Of a stretch of 64,000 nt of DNA, positions 39,910 through 51,213 are shown piece after piece; position 1 is the first letter of the stretch; the number at the start of each line of letters is the position of its first letter. The notes under the pieces were generated by a model. That model was not told where the DNA came from. It made no database searches and saw only the letters and a list, made by a program, of their open reading frames with translations. Source of the DNA: an uncultured delta proteobacterium (GTDB lineage: Bacteria > Desulfobacterota > Desulfuromonadia > Desulfuromonadales > BM103); assembly GCA_963715335.1 (NCBI GenBank), contig CAVQRZ010000023.1, positions 1-64,000 on the forward strand, written 5' to 3'. Made by a program: the position numbers and the translations under genes.

Positions 39910-40386
39910 ATGAGAATTCTAGCTATCACAATCTTTGCCTGCATCGTCCTCGGAGGACAACTCCAACCGGCAAAAGCCCAGGATGATGCAGAAGCACTGT
40001 CCGGACTGACTTCGGTCCAGGCCGTATATGATATCCGGGCCAAGGATGAGGAAACCCTGCAATTCATCTTTACGGTGATTCGCGACACTTATGATGAAAC
40101 CGTACAGCAGAACGTCAAGGCGCACTACGTTGCCAGCATGCGCGGCCCCACGGTCAAATTGCTGGTTCGAAGTCGCCAGGGGGACGCTGGATTACAGCAG
40201 AAGACCACCAACCTGCTCAAGGAGTTGAACCAGCGAGGGGTCCGCCTGGAAGCCTGTGGCTATGCGCTCAACCTGTTCGGCGTCGAACCGGAGGACCTCT
40301 ATGACGGGGTCGTTACAGTCGGCAACAGCCTCAATTCATTGATTGGCTACCAGAACAAAGGGTATTCGCTGGTCGTTATGAATTAA
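39910..40386 (+). CDS. Secreted DsrE/DsrF-like protein
   Basis: Signal peptide; RGPTV, GVRLEACG, LIGYQNKGYSLV; GGAGG RBS. Confidence 0.8.
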   Translation: MRILAITIFACIVLGGQLQPAKAQDDAEALSGLTSVQAVYDIRAKDEETLQFIFTVIRDTYDETVQQNVKAHYVASMRGPTVKLLVRSRQGDAGLQQKTTNLLKELNQRGVRLEACGYALNLFGVEPEDLYDGVVTVGNSLNSLIGYQNKGYSLVVMN

Positions 40387-40400
40387 GCACCGGGACGCGA

Positions 40401-41021
40401 GTTAATCTGTTGCCCTTGATTGATGTCCTCTGTGATTTAAAGACAAAAGCAAGACCGGCGGGTCGCGTCCCTCCGGTCTTGCTTTTATCATCTAAAATTA
40501 AAAACAAAGCAGAACCCGGGGGTCGCGCCCCCCGACTGCGCCTTACTCTTTTGCTAGCCCAAAAGAGTAAGAGAAAAGGGCCTGCGCTGCGCTGGGCATG
40601 TCTGGCTCGGAGTAGCGGCAACCTCAATCCGGATACTTCTAAACGATCAGGAGCCTACGCTTCCCCCGCAGGAGCCGAGGCTCTTGAGAGCCTCTCCTGC
40701 TGTGAAGACTTGGTAGGTAGGGGATGTTTTGGCTTTTCCCCTGTAAGTCGCACGGCAAGGTCAGGCCCTTTAACACAGGGCCGGATCCCCAGTACAGCAG
40801 GTTCTTGACGTCACAGAAATCCGGCCAAGGAGATGCCCTCCGCAAGGAGAAGGCACTTTTGCATACTTTTGTTGCCGGACAAAAGTATGGCGTCGGGCGG
40901 GACGCGACCCGCCGGTTTTAGTCTTAAGAATCCGATTTTACTCTTAGACATAAAGGATGAGGGCAACAGATGAACCATCTGTTGCACGCTCTATCATAAA
41001 TTCCGGCTGAACCTTGTCAGC
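40401..41021. repeat. Multi-hairpin non-coding repeat element, copy A
   Basis: Reverse complement of 47751-48301; GGGCAACAGAT/ATCTGTTGCCC palindromic ends; TACT(C)TTTTG...CAAAAG(A)GTA hairpins. Confidence 0.9.
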
Positions 41022-41072
41022 ACCCTGCGAAACACGCTCCGCAGCCTGATTCAACGGGCAAAGCCCGTTGAA

Positions 41073-41438
41073 TCACCCCCCGGCCTTTTTGACCGGCCAA
41101 CCTTTCGCCTGGAGCAGTTCGATCAGGGTATCGCGATGATCGCCCTGGATCTCGATAACGCCGTCTTTGAGGGTGCCGCCGGTACCGCACTTCTGTTTGA
41201 GCTCTTTAGCCAGCAGCTTCAGCTGATCGACGGGCAGCGGCACACCGGTCACCAGGGTCACGCCCTTCCCCTTGCGGCCCTTGGTCTCGCGCCCGACGCG
41301 TACGATGCCATCACTTTTAGCTTCCGGTTGCTTCTGCTTTTGCGCGCCACAGCCACAGTGTTCAAAATATTTTTTGCATTTCGGGCAGATCCGTCCTGAT
41401 TCAGTGGAATAGACCAGCCTTGAATCGGTCTTGCGCAT
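41073..41438 (-). CDS. yciH: Translation initiation factor SUI1/YciH
   Basis: LVYSTESG, RETKGRKGKGVT, LKQKCGTGG, IEIQGDHR. Confidence 0.93.
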   Translation of the reverse strand: MRKTDSRLVYSTESGRICPKCKKYFEHCGCGAQKQKQPEAKSDGIVRVGRETKGRKGKGVTLVTGVPLPVDQLKLLAKELKQKCGTGGTLKDGVIEIQGDHRDTLIELLQAKGWPVKKAGG

Positions 41439-41453
41439 TTTTCTTCCCTCTTC

Positions 41454-41496
41454 CCCTAGCATCCAGCCTCCAAACCCCATCCCCCAGCCCTCTACC
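41454..41496. repeat. Degenerate C-rich heptamer tandem repeat
   Basis: ccctagc atccagc ctccaaa ccccatc ccccagc cctctac. Confidence 0.6.
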
Positions 41497-42346
41497 GCTT
41501 TTCCCTGCGCAGCAGGTGTCTTATCCCGTACCAAAGCAACATGACCATGGCAATCAATGGCAACGCCGGGATAAACAGGCCGGTCACCTGGGCCAACATG
41601 TTGGCGATGAACAGGGCCACCACCGAGACCGGCAGATAAGCGCCGATCCGCCCGCGTCGCGCCAGGGATTCGCCGGTGCTGCCGAGCAGGTTGTCATTAA
41701 CGTCATGCTGCCGGGCAACAAGGGCGAAAAAAACCACCATGATCCAGTCCGAGATGCCGAAGACCGGAGCCAGGTTGACAGAACCGGGGAAAGCCAGCTT
41801 GACCAGAATCATATCGATCAGTGGCGGTGGGCCCTCGAGGGTTCGGTAATAATGTTCGATCTGTCCGACGAAGCCGGACGTCGGGCCTTTGAGCCAGCTG
41901 ACAAAGTCAGCCAGCGTCATGACGATACAGACCGGCACGATCTCCCAGAGCCTCTTCACGTAGCGGGCCAGCGCCGCGCCGACAATTGTTGCAACCAGCA
42001 GCAGCACGGCCGACTTGAGGGCCCAGAAGACGACCTGCCACGAATCCGAATAAGTAAGTTGGTTGACCAGCCAGAGCAGCAAGATCAGCGCACCGCTCCA
42101 GAACAGGTAAAAGCCGCGTGACCTGTCTTCAGGATGGAGCAGAAGCGCGGGGAGGATAAGCTGGGCCGCGGCGTAGAGCTGGACCAGCAGGAACACTGCG
42201 GACCAAATCGCCAGATCTGAGTCGATCAGCTGTCCGGTTGACCAGAGGCCGACTATCGCGCAGCTCCAGACCAGATGACTGGCAACCAGCAGAGCAATCA
42301 GCCGCCAGTTTGATTGATTGAAAGAGAAGAGGGATTGTAGCGACAT
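41492..42346 (-). CDS. Hypothetical multi-pass membrane protein
   Basis: Many TM segments; ADFVS...GPT, FGISD and PALP motifs resemble GxGD/presenilin-like intramembrane protease motifs (tentative). Confidence 0.7.
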   Translation of the reverse strand: MSLQSLFSFNQSNWRLIALLVASHLVWSCAIVGLWSTGQLIDSDLAIWSAVFLLVQLYAAAQLILPALLLHPEDRSRGFYLFWSGALILLLWLVNQLTYSDSWQVVFWALKSAVLLLVATIVGAALARYVKRLWEIVPVCIVMTLADFVSWLKGPTSGFVGQIEHYYRTLEGPPPLIDMILVKLAFPGSVNLAPVFGISDWIMVVFFALVARQHDVNDNLLGSTGESLARRGRIGAYLPVSVVALFIANMLAQVTGLFIPALPLIAMVMLLWYGIRHLLRREKR

Positions 42347-42389
42347 GGGCCCATTATGCCTTGACGACTCCGGGAGATAAAGAAAAACA

Positions 42390-42418
42390 AAAAGCCGCAA
42401 CCAGTCGGTTGCGGCTTT
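42390..42418 (-). terminator. Terminator after tRNA-Leu
   Basis: AAAGCCGCAACC-AGTC-GGTTGCGGCTTT. Confidence 0.8.
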
Positions 42419-42426
42419 GTATTATG

Positions 42427-42513
42427 TGGTGCCGAAGGGGAGACTCGAACTCCCACGCCCATACGAGCACTAGACCCTGAACCTAGCGTGTCTACCAATT
42501 CCACCACTTCGGC
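42427..42513 (-). tRNA. tRNA-Leu(CAG)
   Basis: GCCGAAGTGGTGGAATTGGTAGACACG-CTAGG-TTCAGGG-TCTAG, long variable arm, GTTCGAGTC, CCA; 87 nt. Confidence 0.96.
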
Positions 42514-42626
42514 AATCAAGCGAGGGCAATTTATAGCAAAAGGGAAATACCAATGCAATAAAAAAATCGGGGGCTTGGCACTCGGGGGCCGGGGGCTGGC
42601 AAAAGCGGACAAAAGCAGCAGTGGCG

Positions 42627-44281
42627 TTATTCAGACAGCCTTGCAGGTGCAACCATCAGCGTGCGGTAGGAGTCGACCGTAACCAGGCCTGGCCTGGCCC
42701 CTTTTGGTTTCTTTACGTCCCTGCCCCTGGCAACGATCACCTCGACCTTGCCGGCGTCCCTCCCCCTGGAGTAGCCGGCAGCGAATGCCGCGGCAAACAG
42801 CAGGTCCTCTTCGGCGACCCGGTCGGCGCTGTCTCCACATTTGAGGACCAGGTGGGAACCGGGCATCCCCTGGGCGTGAAACCAGAAGTCCTGTGCTGCA
42901 GTCATGTTGCGGCTGACATAGTCATTGGTCTTGCTGTTCTTGCCCCAGTAAAGCTGCCACCCGCCGGGCGTCACATTTTGGTACAACTGGTCCTCGGGTC
43001 TCACTGCCTGCCGCCTGCCGAGCTGCCCCTTGGTCTGTTTCAACAATCCAGCCGTTTCGAGTTCAAGCTGCACCTGGTAGAGATCATCACCGGTAGCGGC
43101 TTCCTGCAGCGAGAGTTCGACCTGGTCGAGCCACTCCATTTCCTCGCCGGTATCCTGCAAGCGCCGTTCATGATGCTCGGCAGATCGCCTGGCCTTGCGA
43201 TAGAGCTTGAAATAGCGCTCGGCATTCTCCTGTGGGTTTGCCTTATCGTCGAGCTCAATCGTCACCGGGACTGCCGGAGACCGGTAGTAGTCTTCGACGA
43301 CAACTTTGGTATCACCGCGCTTGAACCGATGCAAATTGGCAAGCAGCAGATCACCGATAATGCGGAACCGCTCCGGGTCGGCCTGCCGCTCGCTTTCGGC
43401 AGCGATATGTTCGAGTCTCTTGTTGAGCCGTTTGCGTTGTTTGTCGATCACCCCGGCCATGCGCGCGGCAAGATCTTTGACAGACTCTTTGCCCTCATCT
43501 GCCAGGGCCGCCTCGACCAGGGCCGAGAGGTCGGCAAACTCTTCCATAGCGCAACCGTGCTCGCCCAGCGAGAGCGGCAAAAACCCGCAATGATCACCCC
43601 ACGTGACCCGCAGCGCGACAAACTTGCCCGACTGGAAGACCTCCCTGATGCGCGTGATGATCGCAGCGAAACTCTGCCCTGACTGCCTTGCCATGGAGAT
43701 CGCATGGGCCAGGGCTGGCGACAGCGGGGCTATGTTGGCGCGGCTCAAATCACCCTGTGCTTCGGCTTCCTGCAGCACCGCGACAACCTCCCGGGAATCA
43801 GCGAACAGCGACAATCGTTCTTTCTGCTTCGGTAGTGCATATGGCTTCTCCAGGCAGGAGCTTGCGCGGGCCTTCTTCCCTGAAGAGCAAATCGACGATA
43901 CGACCGGCATCGTCAACCAGGACCAGGTTGCCCCGCGCACCGAACGCCTCGAAGACCAGGTCGTAAGGCTCTTTATCTGGTCCGGTAAAATGAAAATGGA
44001 CGACACGGTCCAGCGGCTCAGGCCGCACACCTGTCAACCTTCGCAGTCGAGCTCGCAGAAGTTGACAGAACCTCGGCGGGCTGGACGGGGCTGGATGGAC
44101 TTGCACGGGTCTCGAAGAAGGCCCCGCCGTCAGCCTTGAGCAGCAGCTGGAGCTTTTCCTGACCGGTCCAGAATTTCAGGACCAGGGTCCCGGCCGTGAC
44201 CTGCACAACCTTGTCGAGCCGGCTGCCGGCAAATTTGCGCCCGACCTCCGCAGCCATCGCCTGAAAGAGTACACTATCCAT
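42627..44281 (-). pseudogene. rqcH: RqcH/FbpA (NFACT family) ribosome quality-control factor split by two +1 frameshifts
   Basis: Three overlapping frames give MDSVLF...RLDKV / PPRFCQLLRARL...DRVV...GNLVLVD...LLPGE / PYALP...NAERYFKLYRK...GKNSKTND...WFHAQGMPGSH; removing 2 nt yields 550 aa. Confidence 0.82.
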
Positions 44282-44465
44282 GCGCAGAGCTTAGAGCAAC
44301 TCCCTGCAGGACTGCAAGACATCTCTCCAGGGACCCTGAATAAATGACCCGGACTGTTGCTTCCCGCCGGTTGGCTCATGCCCTATAAATGGTACGATTT
44401 GACTCAGATTCGACCGGCTTGTACAATTTAACGGCTTAAAGCCGTAGAATGCTTGTCTTTTCTTC

Positions 44466-44493
44466 TTGACTTAAACGATAAATTTGGCATGAT
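44466..44493 (+). promoter_or_regulatory. Putative sigma70 promoter of metY
   Basis: TTGACT-N16-CATGAT with TG extension. Confidence 0.5.
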
Positions 44494-44496
44494 TAA

Positions 44497-45822
<1,326 letters not shown>

Positions 45823-45853
45823 AAGAGAGTGGGCTGCAAGCTCTGCTCGACCA

Positions 45854-46101
45854 GCTGACAAAGGCCAGCCGGATTTCACGATAGAGAGGGCAACAGATGG
45901 TTAATCTGTTGCCCTCTTTCCTTTTCTTGAAATGCTTAAAAGCAAAACCGGCGGGTCGCGTCCCGCCAGACGCCATACTTTTGTCCGGCAACAAAAGTAT
46001 GCAAAAGTGCCTTCTCTTAGCAGAGGGCTATAAACGTTCTCGGAATTTCTATGGCTTTAAGGGAAAGCAGAGGAGACGAGTCGGCCCGTTACATGGGGCC
46101 T
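45854..46101. repeat. Multi-hairpin repeat element, copy C (partial, diverged)
   Basis: REP palindrome at 45885-45917, then near-identity to copy B up to about 46028 and weak hairpin-level similarity to about 46101. Confidence 0.8.
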
Positions 46102-46341
46102 CGCAGCACAGCTCTCAATATGGTGTGGCAAGTTCACACTGAGGAGACATCCTGCAACCGGCAGGTACGGAACTTAAGCCCTTGAATCTGAGCGACACTT
46201 AAAATCAAGTATCCCGATTAAAATACAAAAAAACCAAACCGGCAGTTTTGTATACTGCCGGACGGCATAACCTTGTATTTTTTTGCCAGTCAAACAGCAA
46301 CATGCTATCCTGCCGCAAATTTCACAGAGAGTCTCTGCATC

Positions 46342-47229
46342 ATGCGTTATTGGCTGGAATACATCCCTTTTCTTACCATTGCAACGATCATACGCCTTTT
46401 GCCCCGCGGCGCCGCCCTGGCCCTTGGCCGGCAACTGGGTGCCGCAGGGCGGCACCTGCAGCCGAGACGGGTAAAAATTGCTGACGATAACCTGCGCCAT
46501 GCGTTCCCGCAAATGTCCCGGGAAGAGAGAGAGAACCTCGTGAAACGGGTTTTCCGTGACTTGGGGCTCGGCTTCATCGAGATGCTCCGTCTCGACAAGT
46601 TTCACGGCAAAGATGGTCTGGAAAAATTCTTTACTATTGAAGGGATTGAACACGTCCATGAAGCGCTGGCGTTGGGCCGCGGATGTATTCTCCTGACCGG
46701 GCATCTTGGCTTCTGGGAAGCCGGCAACTACGTCTTCCCGGTACTCGGCATTCCTACCGGAATTGTGGCAAAACCGATGAAGAACCCCCTGGTGGATGCA
46801 TACTTCCGGCGCATGCGCGAAGCTTATGGCGGCTACATTATCGACACTCACAAAGGCGCAAGAAGGATCTTCAAAGCCTTGCAGAACAATCACGCGGTCG
46901 GCATCCTTATGGATCAGCATATGCCACGCAGCCAGGCGGTCCGCGTGCCGTTTTTCGGCCGGCCGGCCTACACCACACCGATCATCGCCCAACTTGCCAT
47001 GAAGAATCAGGTACCGATCGTTCCGGCCTTTGCATACCGTAATCCTGACAACACATACCGGGTCAAGGTGTCGCCGCTGTTCTTTCTTAAGAAAGATCTT
47101 TCCGACGAGGGGATTCTCGCCAATACAGCACTCATGACAACGGTAATTGAGAATGGTATCAGGGAGGATGTCAGTCAATGGTTCTGGGTCCACCGCCGTT
47201 GGAAACACATGAAAAAAGATGCCGAATAA
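46342..47229 (+). CDS. lpxL: Lipid A biosynthesis acyltransferase (LpxL/HtrB family)
   Basis: GHLGFWE, LMDQH, VPFFGRPA, QWFWVHRRWK. Confidence 0.88.
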   Translation: MRYWLEYIPFLTIATIIRLLPRGAALALGRQLGAAGRHLQPRRVKIADDNLRHAFPQMSREERENLVKRVFRDLGLGFIEMLRLDKFHGKDGLEKFFTIEGIEHVHEALALGRGCILLTGHLGFWEAGNYVFPVLGIPTGIVAKPMKNPLVDAYFRRMREAYGGYIIDTHKGARRIFKALQNNHAVGILMDQHMPRSQAVRVPFFGRPAYTTPIIAQLAMKNQVPIVPAFAYRNPDNTYRVKVSPLFFLKKDLSDEGILANTALMTTVIENGIREDVSQWFWVHRRWKHMKKDAE

Positions 47230-47695
47230 TCTTCCGCCTTTCCATATCGTACTGATTGAACCGGAGATCCCGCCGAACACCGGAAATATCGCCCGGCTGT
47301 GCGGGGCCACCGGCAGCATACTGCACCTGGTCGGAAAACTCGGTTTTTCGATCGACGATAAACACCTCAAACGGGCGGGGCTGGATTACTGGCAAGCGAT
47401 CGATATTCGCAGATGGGAATCCTTTGCCGAACTGCAGGCCGCGCATCCTGACAGCCGGTTCTGGTACACCTCGAAAAAGGCTACGAAAACTTATTTTCAG
47501 GCAGCTTTCGAGCCCGGCGACTTTCTGGTCTTTGGCAAGGAAACCCTCGGCCTCCCAGAAGACCTCCTCAGTGACAACAGCGAAAGCGCTATCCGGATTC
47601 CGATTAAGAACCCGATCGTGCGCAGCCTGAACCTGTCAACCGCAGCAGGAATTGTGCTCTACGAAGCGTTGCGGCAGACCGGGCAAGTCGGTTAA
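47219..47695 (+). CDS. trmL: tRNA (cytidine/uridine-34-2'-O)-methyltransferase
   Basis: PEIPPNTGNIARLC, KRAGLDYW, FGKETLGLP, RSLNLS. Confidence 0.95.
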   Translation: MPNNLPPFHIVLIEPEIPPNTGNIARLCGATGSILHLVGKLGFSIDDKHLKRAGLDYWQAIDIRRWESFAELQAAHPDSRFWYTSKKATKTYFQAAFEPGDFLVFGKETLGLPEDLLSDNSESAIRIPIKNPIVRSLNLSTAAGIVLYEALRQTGQVG

Positions 47696-47750
47696 CAAGT
47701 CTTGCCCGCAGCCTGGGGCACTCAATAGAGCGCCTCAGGCTGCGGAAAAA

Positions 47751-48301
47751 GTTCAGATTTCATGTATAGAGATGGCAACAGATGGTGAATCTGTTGCCCT
47801 TTTTCCTTTTCTTTAAATCTTAAAAGCAATACCGGCGGGTCGCGTCCCGCCCGACGCCATACTTTTGTCCGGCAACAAAAGTATGCAAAAGTGCCTTCTC
47901 CTTGCGGAGGGCATCTCCTTTGCCGGATCTCTGTGACTTCAAGAAGCTGCTGTGATGGGATCCGGCCCTGTGTCAAAGGGCCTGACCTTTCTGTGTGATT
48001 TACCAGGGAAAAGCCAAAACAATTTCTACCGACGCAAACCTCCACAAAAGGAGAGGCTCTCAAGAGCCTCGGTTCCTGCGGGGGAAGCGTAGACTTTTGA
48101 TCGTTTAGAACGTTCTGCATTGAGGTCGCCGCCACTCCGAGCCAGACATGCCCAGCGCAGCGCAGGCCTTTTTCTGCTTACTCTTTTGGGCCAGCAAAAG
48201 AGTAAGGCGCAGTCGGGGGGCGCAACCCCCGGGTTCTGCTTTTGTCTTTGTTTTCCAGAGAACAAAAGCAAAGGGCAACAGATGAACCATCTGTTGCCCT
48301 T
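47751..48301. repeat. Multi-hairpin non-coding repeat element, copy B
   Basis: REP-like palindromes at 47774-47799 and 48271-48301; inverted homolog of copy A. Confidence 0.9.
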
Positions 48302-48329
48302 AGTTTCATAAAAACTCCACTTGCCAGGC

Positions 48330-48363
48330 AAAAAAACAGACCCCGCATCGGTGCGGGGTCTGT
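48330..48363 (-). terminator. Terminator after hom
   Basis: AAAAAAACAGACCCCGCA-TCGG-TGCGGGGTCTGT. Confidence 0.8.
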
Positions 48364-48412
48364 CAACAATCTGACACGCCCCAATAGGGCGCCATTTTTA
48401 ATGGAGCTGAGC

Positions 48413-49723
48413 TTACTGCAGCTGGTTTTCAATGCGAATCAGCAAAGTTTCCTGCTGGATCACATCCAGTTCATCGATCTCTCGCAACGCATTCGCAACG
48501 TTGCTTTCTGATGCCTCATGAGTCACGAATACAATCGGCACGGCCCCGACTTCATGTCGATGAGGCTGGACCATCGATTCAATACTGATGTCATACTTGC
48601 CCAGAATCCCGGAGATCTGCGACAGGACACCGGGCTGATCCTTGACCATACACCTCATGTAGTAGGATGAAACGATCTCTTCCATCGATCTGATCTTGTA
48701 CATGGCAAGCTTGGATTGTGGGCAGCCAAGGGCGGTCGATCTTTTGCCGGTGTCGGCAAGCAGATCCCTGGCGATCGACAGCACATCCCCCACCACGGCA
48801 CTTGCCGTGGCATCCATCCCCGCACCATACCCTGAAAGCATGACAGGGCCTGAGAAATCCCCGACCAGGCGAACACCATTAAAGACACCGTTGATCGCTG
48901 CCAGGGGATAATCTTCGGGGATCATGGTCGGGTGCACGCGGGCTTCAATCTCGTCGCCAATACGTTTGCCGATCGCCAGGAGCTTGAGTTTGAAGCCAAA
49001 GTCACGCGCATACTCAATATCCAGGGCCGTGACCTTGCTGATCCCTTCCGTATAAACCTTGTTGAAATCGACTTTTGTGCCAAAGCAAAGACTGACCAGC
49101 AAGGCCAGTTTATGGGCCGTATCGATCCCCTCGACATCAAACGTAGGGTCCGCTTCAGCGTACCCTTGCTGCTGGGCATCGGCAAGTACATCGGAGAAGC
49201 TGTCGCCGGCGTCTTCCATCCGGGTCAGGATATAGTTGCAGGTACCGTTCAGAATGCCATATATGGCAGAGAAGTTGTTGGCACCGAGGTTTTCCTTGAT
49301 CGCTGAAATTACCGGGATTCCCCCGCCCACGGCGGCTTCAAACATGACTGCCACGCCGGCTTCTTCCGCAGCCCGGAAGATTTCATCACCATGCAGGGCC
49401 AACAGGGCCTTGTTCGCGGTTACGATATGTTTGCCATTGCGAATCGCCTCCAGGACAAAGGTCCGTGCCGGCTCATAACCACCGATCAGCTCGATAACAA
49501 TCTGGACTTCGGGGTCACTGAGCATGGCCTGAGCGTCATCCGTCAACAATCCGGCCGGCAACTGCACACCGCGATCTGTCGTCGTATCGAGATCAGCGAT
49601 GCGTACCAGGTCGATCCCTGTACCAAGACGACTGGACAGAACCTCCTGGTTCTGCTGGATAATCTTCACAACACCGGTTCCGATTGTGCCGAAGCCCAAC
49701 AATCCAATTTTTATATTCTGCAT
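48413..49723 (-). CDS. hom: Homoserine dehydrogenase
   Basis: GFGTIG, VTANKA, EAAVGGGIP, GILNGTCNY, GYAEADP, C-terminal ACT domain. Confidence 0.96.
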   Translation of the reverse strand: MQNIKIGLLGFGTIGTGVVKIIQQNQEVLSSRLGTGIDLVRIADLDTTTDRGVQLPAGLLTDDAQAMLSDPEVQIVIELIGGYEPARTFVLEAIRNGKHIVTANKALLALHGDEIFRAAEEAGVAVMFEAAVGGGIPVISAIKENLGANNFSAIYGILNGTCNYILTRMEDAGDSFSDVLADAQQQGYAEADPTFDVEGIDTAHKLALLVSLCFGTKVDFNKVYTEGISKVTALDIEYARDFGFKLKLLAIGKRIGDEIEARVHPTMIPEDYPLAAINGVFNGVRLVGDFSGPVMLSGYGAGMDATASAVVGDVLSIARDLLADTGKRSTALGCPQSKLAMYKIRSMEEIVSSYYMRCMVKDQPGVLSQISGILGKYDISIESMVQPHRHEVGAVPIVFVTHEASESNVANALREIDELDVIQQETLLIRIENQLQ

Positions 49724-49768
49724 GAGGCCAACCTTTTCTTTGCTAGTACTTTACCTGTTTCGTAAAAG

Positions 49769-50230
49769 CTAAACCGCCACATCAGTGGAGCAGGTATAGC
49801 GACAAAATTGAATGCCTTTTCCAGCAGTTTCGAGTGCACCCTTGATCTGCTCGTGAAGGACTTTCACATCGATCTCAGCATGCGGGGAAAACGCCAGAGA
49901 CAGATCGTTGAAACCGGCCTTCTGTGCGACCATCAGCATATGTCGGACCAGAGAAGCGTGGGTCTCCTCACAGAGGCCCTGCCATTTGCCGCCGCCGACA
50001 AAAAGAACCCGGTCAGCCTTAACCTTGCCGTTTCCCTGTAAAAGCACATGCTCACCGGCCCGGCCATGCACCTCGCCAGCGAGGAGCATTCCGGTCAACT
50101 GACCGTCCAGCCGCCAGTCAAGGACTGCAGCAGGACCGTCCAGCGGTTTCTGATCAACAAAATAGAGAGCAACAACGGACATACCGGTCAGCTGATCGGC
50201 AGGTTGCTTGACGAGTTCAGGCTGAGTCAT
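49769..50230 (-). CDS. Stand-alone peptidase M17 N-terminal-like domain protein
   Basis: DQKPLDGPAAVLDWRLDGQL, GRAGEHVLL. Confidence 0.65.
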   Translation of the reverse strand: MTQPELVKQPADQLTGMSVVALYFVDQKPLDGPAAVLDWRLDGQLTGMLLAGEVHGRAGEHVLLQGNGKVKADRVLFVGGGKWQGLCEETHASLVRHMLMVAQKAGFNDLSLAFSPHAEIDVKVLHEQIKGALETAGKGIQFCRYTCSTDVAV

Positions 50231-50700
50231 GATGTTGAGGGACGATGTTGTTGCGCGATGTGATCAAGGACACCGTTAATAAATGAAGGCGTTTCCTCTG
50301 TGCCAAACCGCTTGCCAAGTTCTATCGCTTCATTGAGCACGACATTGTGAGGGACATCCGGGGAATAAATCAGTTCGAATGTCGCCAGCCGGAGAATTGC
50401 CAGATCGACCCTGGCCATACGGTCCAATGCCCAATTGGTCGAATAGGAATTAATTTCCCGGTCTATCTGCTCGAGGTTTTCGGCGACGCCGCAAACCAGC
50501 AGCTCGGCAAAGTGCCTGACTTCAGGCCTTTGAGAGTCCGGAGCATCCTCTACAACCTCGCCCAGGACATCATTGCGAAACTGAAAATTCTGCCAGAAAC
50601 CCTTGAGAACGGCCTCAAGCGAACCACCCTCGTGGTCCTCCAGACTGTATAGGACTTTCAGGGCCATTTCGCGTCCCTGCCGCCTTATTCCTCGCGCCAT
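50227..50700 (-). CDS. nusB: Transcription antitermination factor NusB
   Basis: RRQGREMALKVLY, WALDRMARVDLAILRLA, FINGVLD. Confidence 0.95.
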   Translation of the reverse strand: MARGIRRQGREMALKVLYSLEDHEGGSLEAVLKGFWQNFQFRNDVLGEVVEDAPDSQRPEVRHFAELLVCGVAENLEQIDREINSYSTNWALDRMARVDLAILRLATFELIYSPDVPHNVVLNEAIELGKRFGTEETPSFINGVLDHIAQQHRPSTS

Positions 50701-50707
50701 TATGTTA

Positions 50708-51172
50708 TCAGAGTGCCTTGTAGAGGTTGGCCATTTCAATAGCGGCGACTGCGGCATCAAACCCCTTGTTCCCGGCTTTGCTGCCGGCGCGCTCGATCGC
50801 CTGTTCAATCGTATCGGTCGTCAGTACCCCAAAAGTGACCGGGATGCCCGAATCAATGGAAACACTGGCAACCCCCTTGGAGACCTCCGCACTGACATAT
50901 TCGAAGTGCGGAGTCGCGCCGCGGATCACTGCTCCAAGGCAGACAATGGCGTCATAACGCCCGGATTGAGCCATCTGCTTTGCAGTCGGCGGTATTTCAA
51001 AGGCCCCGGGGACACGCACGACGCTGATGTCGTCTTGCTCGCCACCATGTCGCAGCAGCGCATCGATTGCTCCCTCAACAAGTCGGTCGCTGACAAAACT
51101 GTTGAAACGACTGACCAGCAAGCCGACCCGCAACCCTTTGGCATCCAATTTTCCTTCGATAATCTTGGGCAT
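50708..51172 (-). CDS. ribH: 6,7-dimethyl-8-ribityllumazine synthase
   Basis: [25 protein letters not shown]. Confidence 0.97.
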   Translation of the reverse strand: MPKIIEGKLDAKGLRVGLLVSRFNSFVSDRLVEGAIDALLRHGGEQDDISVVRVPGAFEIPPTAKQMAQSGRYDAIVCLGAVIRGATPHFEYVSAEVSKGVASVSIDSGIPVTFGVLTTDTIEQAIERAGSKAGNKGFDAAVAAIEMANLYKAL

Positions 51173-51213
51173 ATCAATCTCCCGGGACAAGGTCCGAAAC
51201 CGAAGTTTCGGAG

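Noticed and set aside
40410..40808. Similar peptides in ORFs at 40410-40808 and 48105-48290 as a gene family
   Set aside because: They arise from translating the DNA repeat; frames and lengths differ between copies and there is no RBS.
42621..43682. 353-aa plus-strand ORF
   Set aside because: Antisense to the rqcH C-terminal region; no independent signature.
46174..47370. 398-aa minus-strand ORF
   Set aside because: Antisense shadow of lpxL/trmL.
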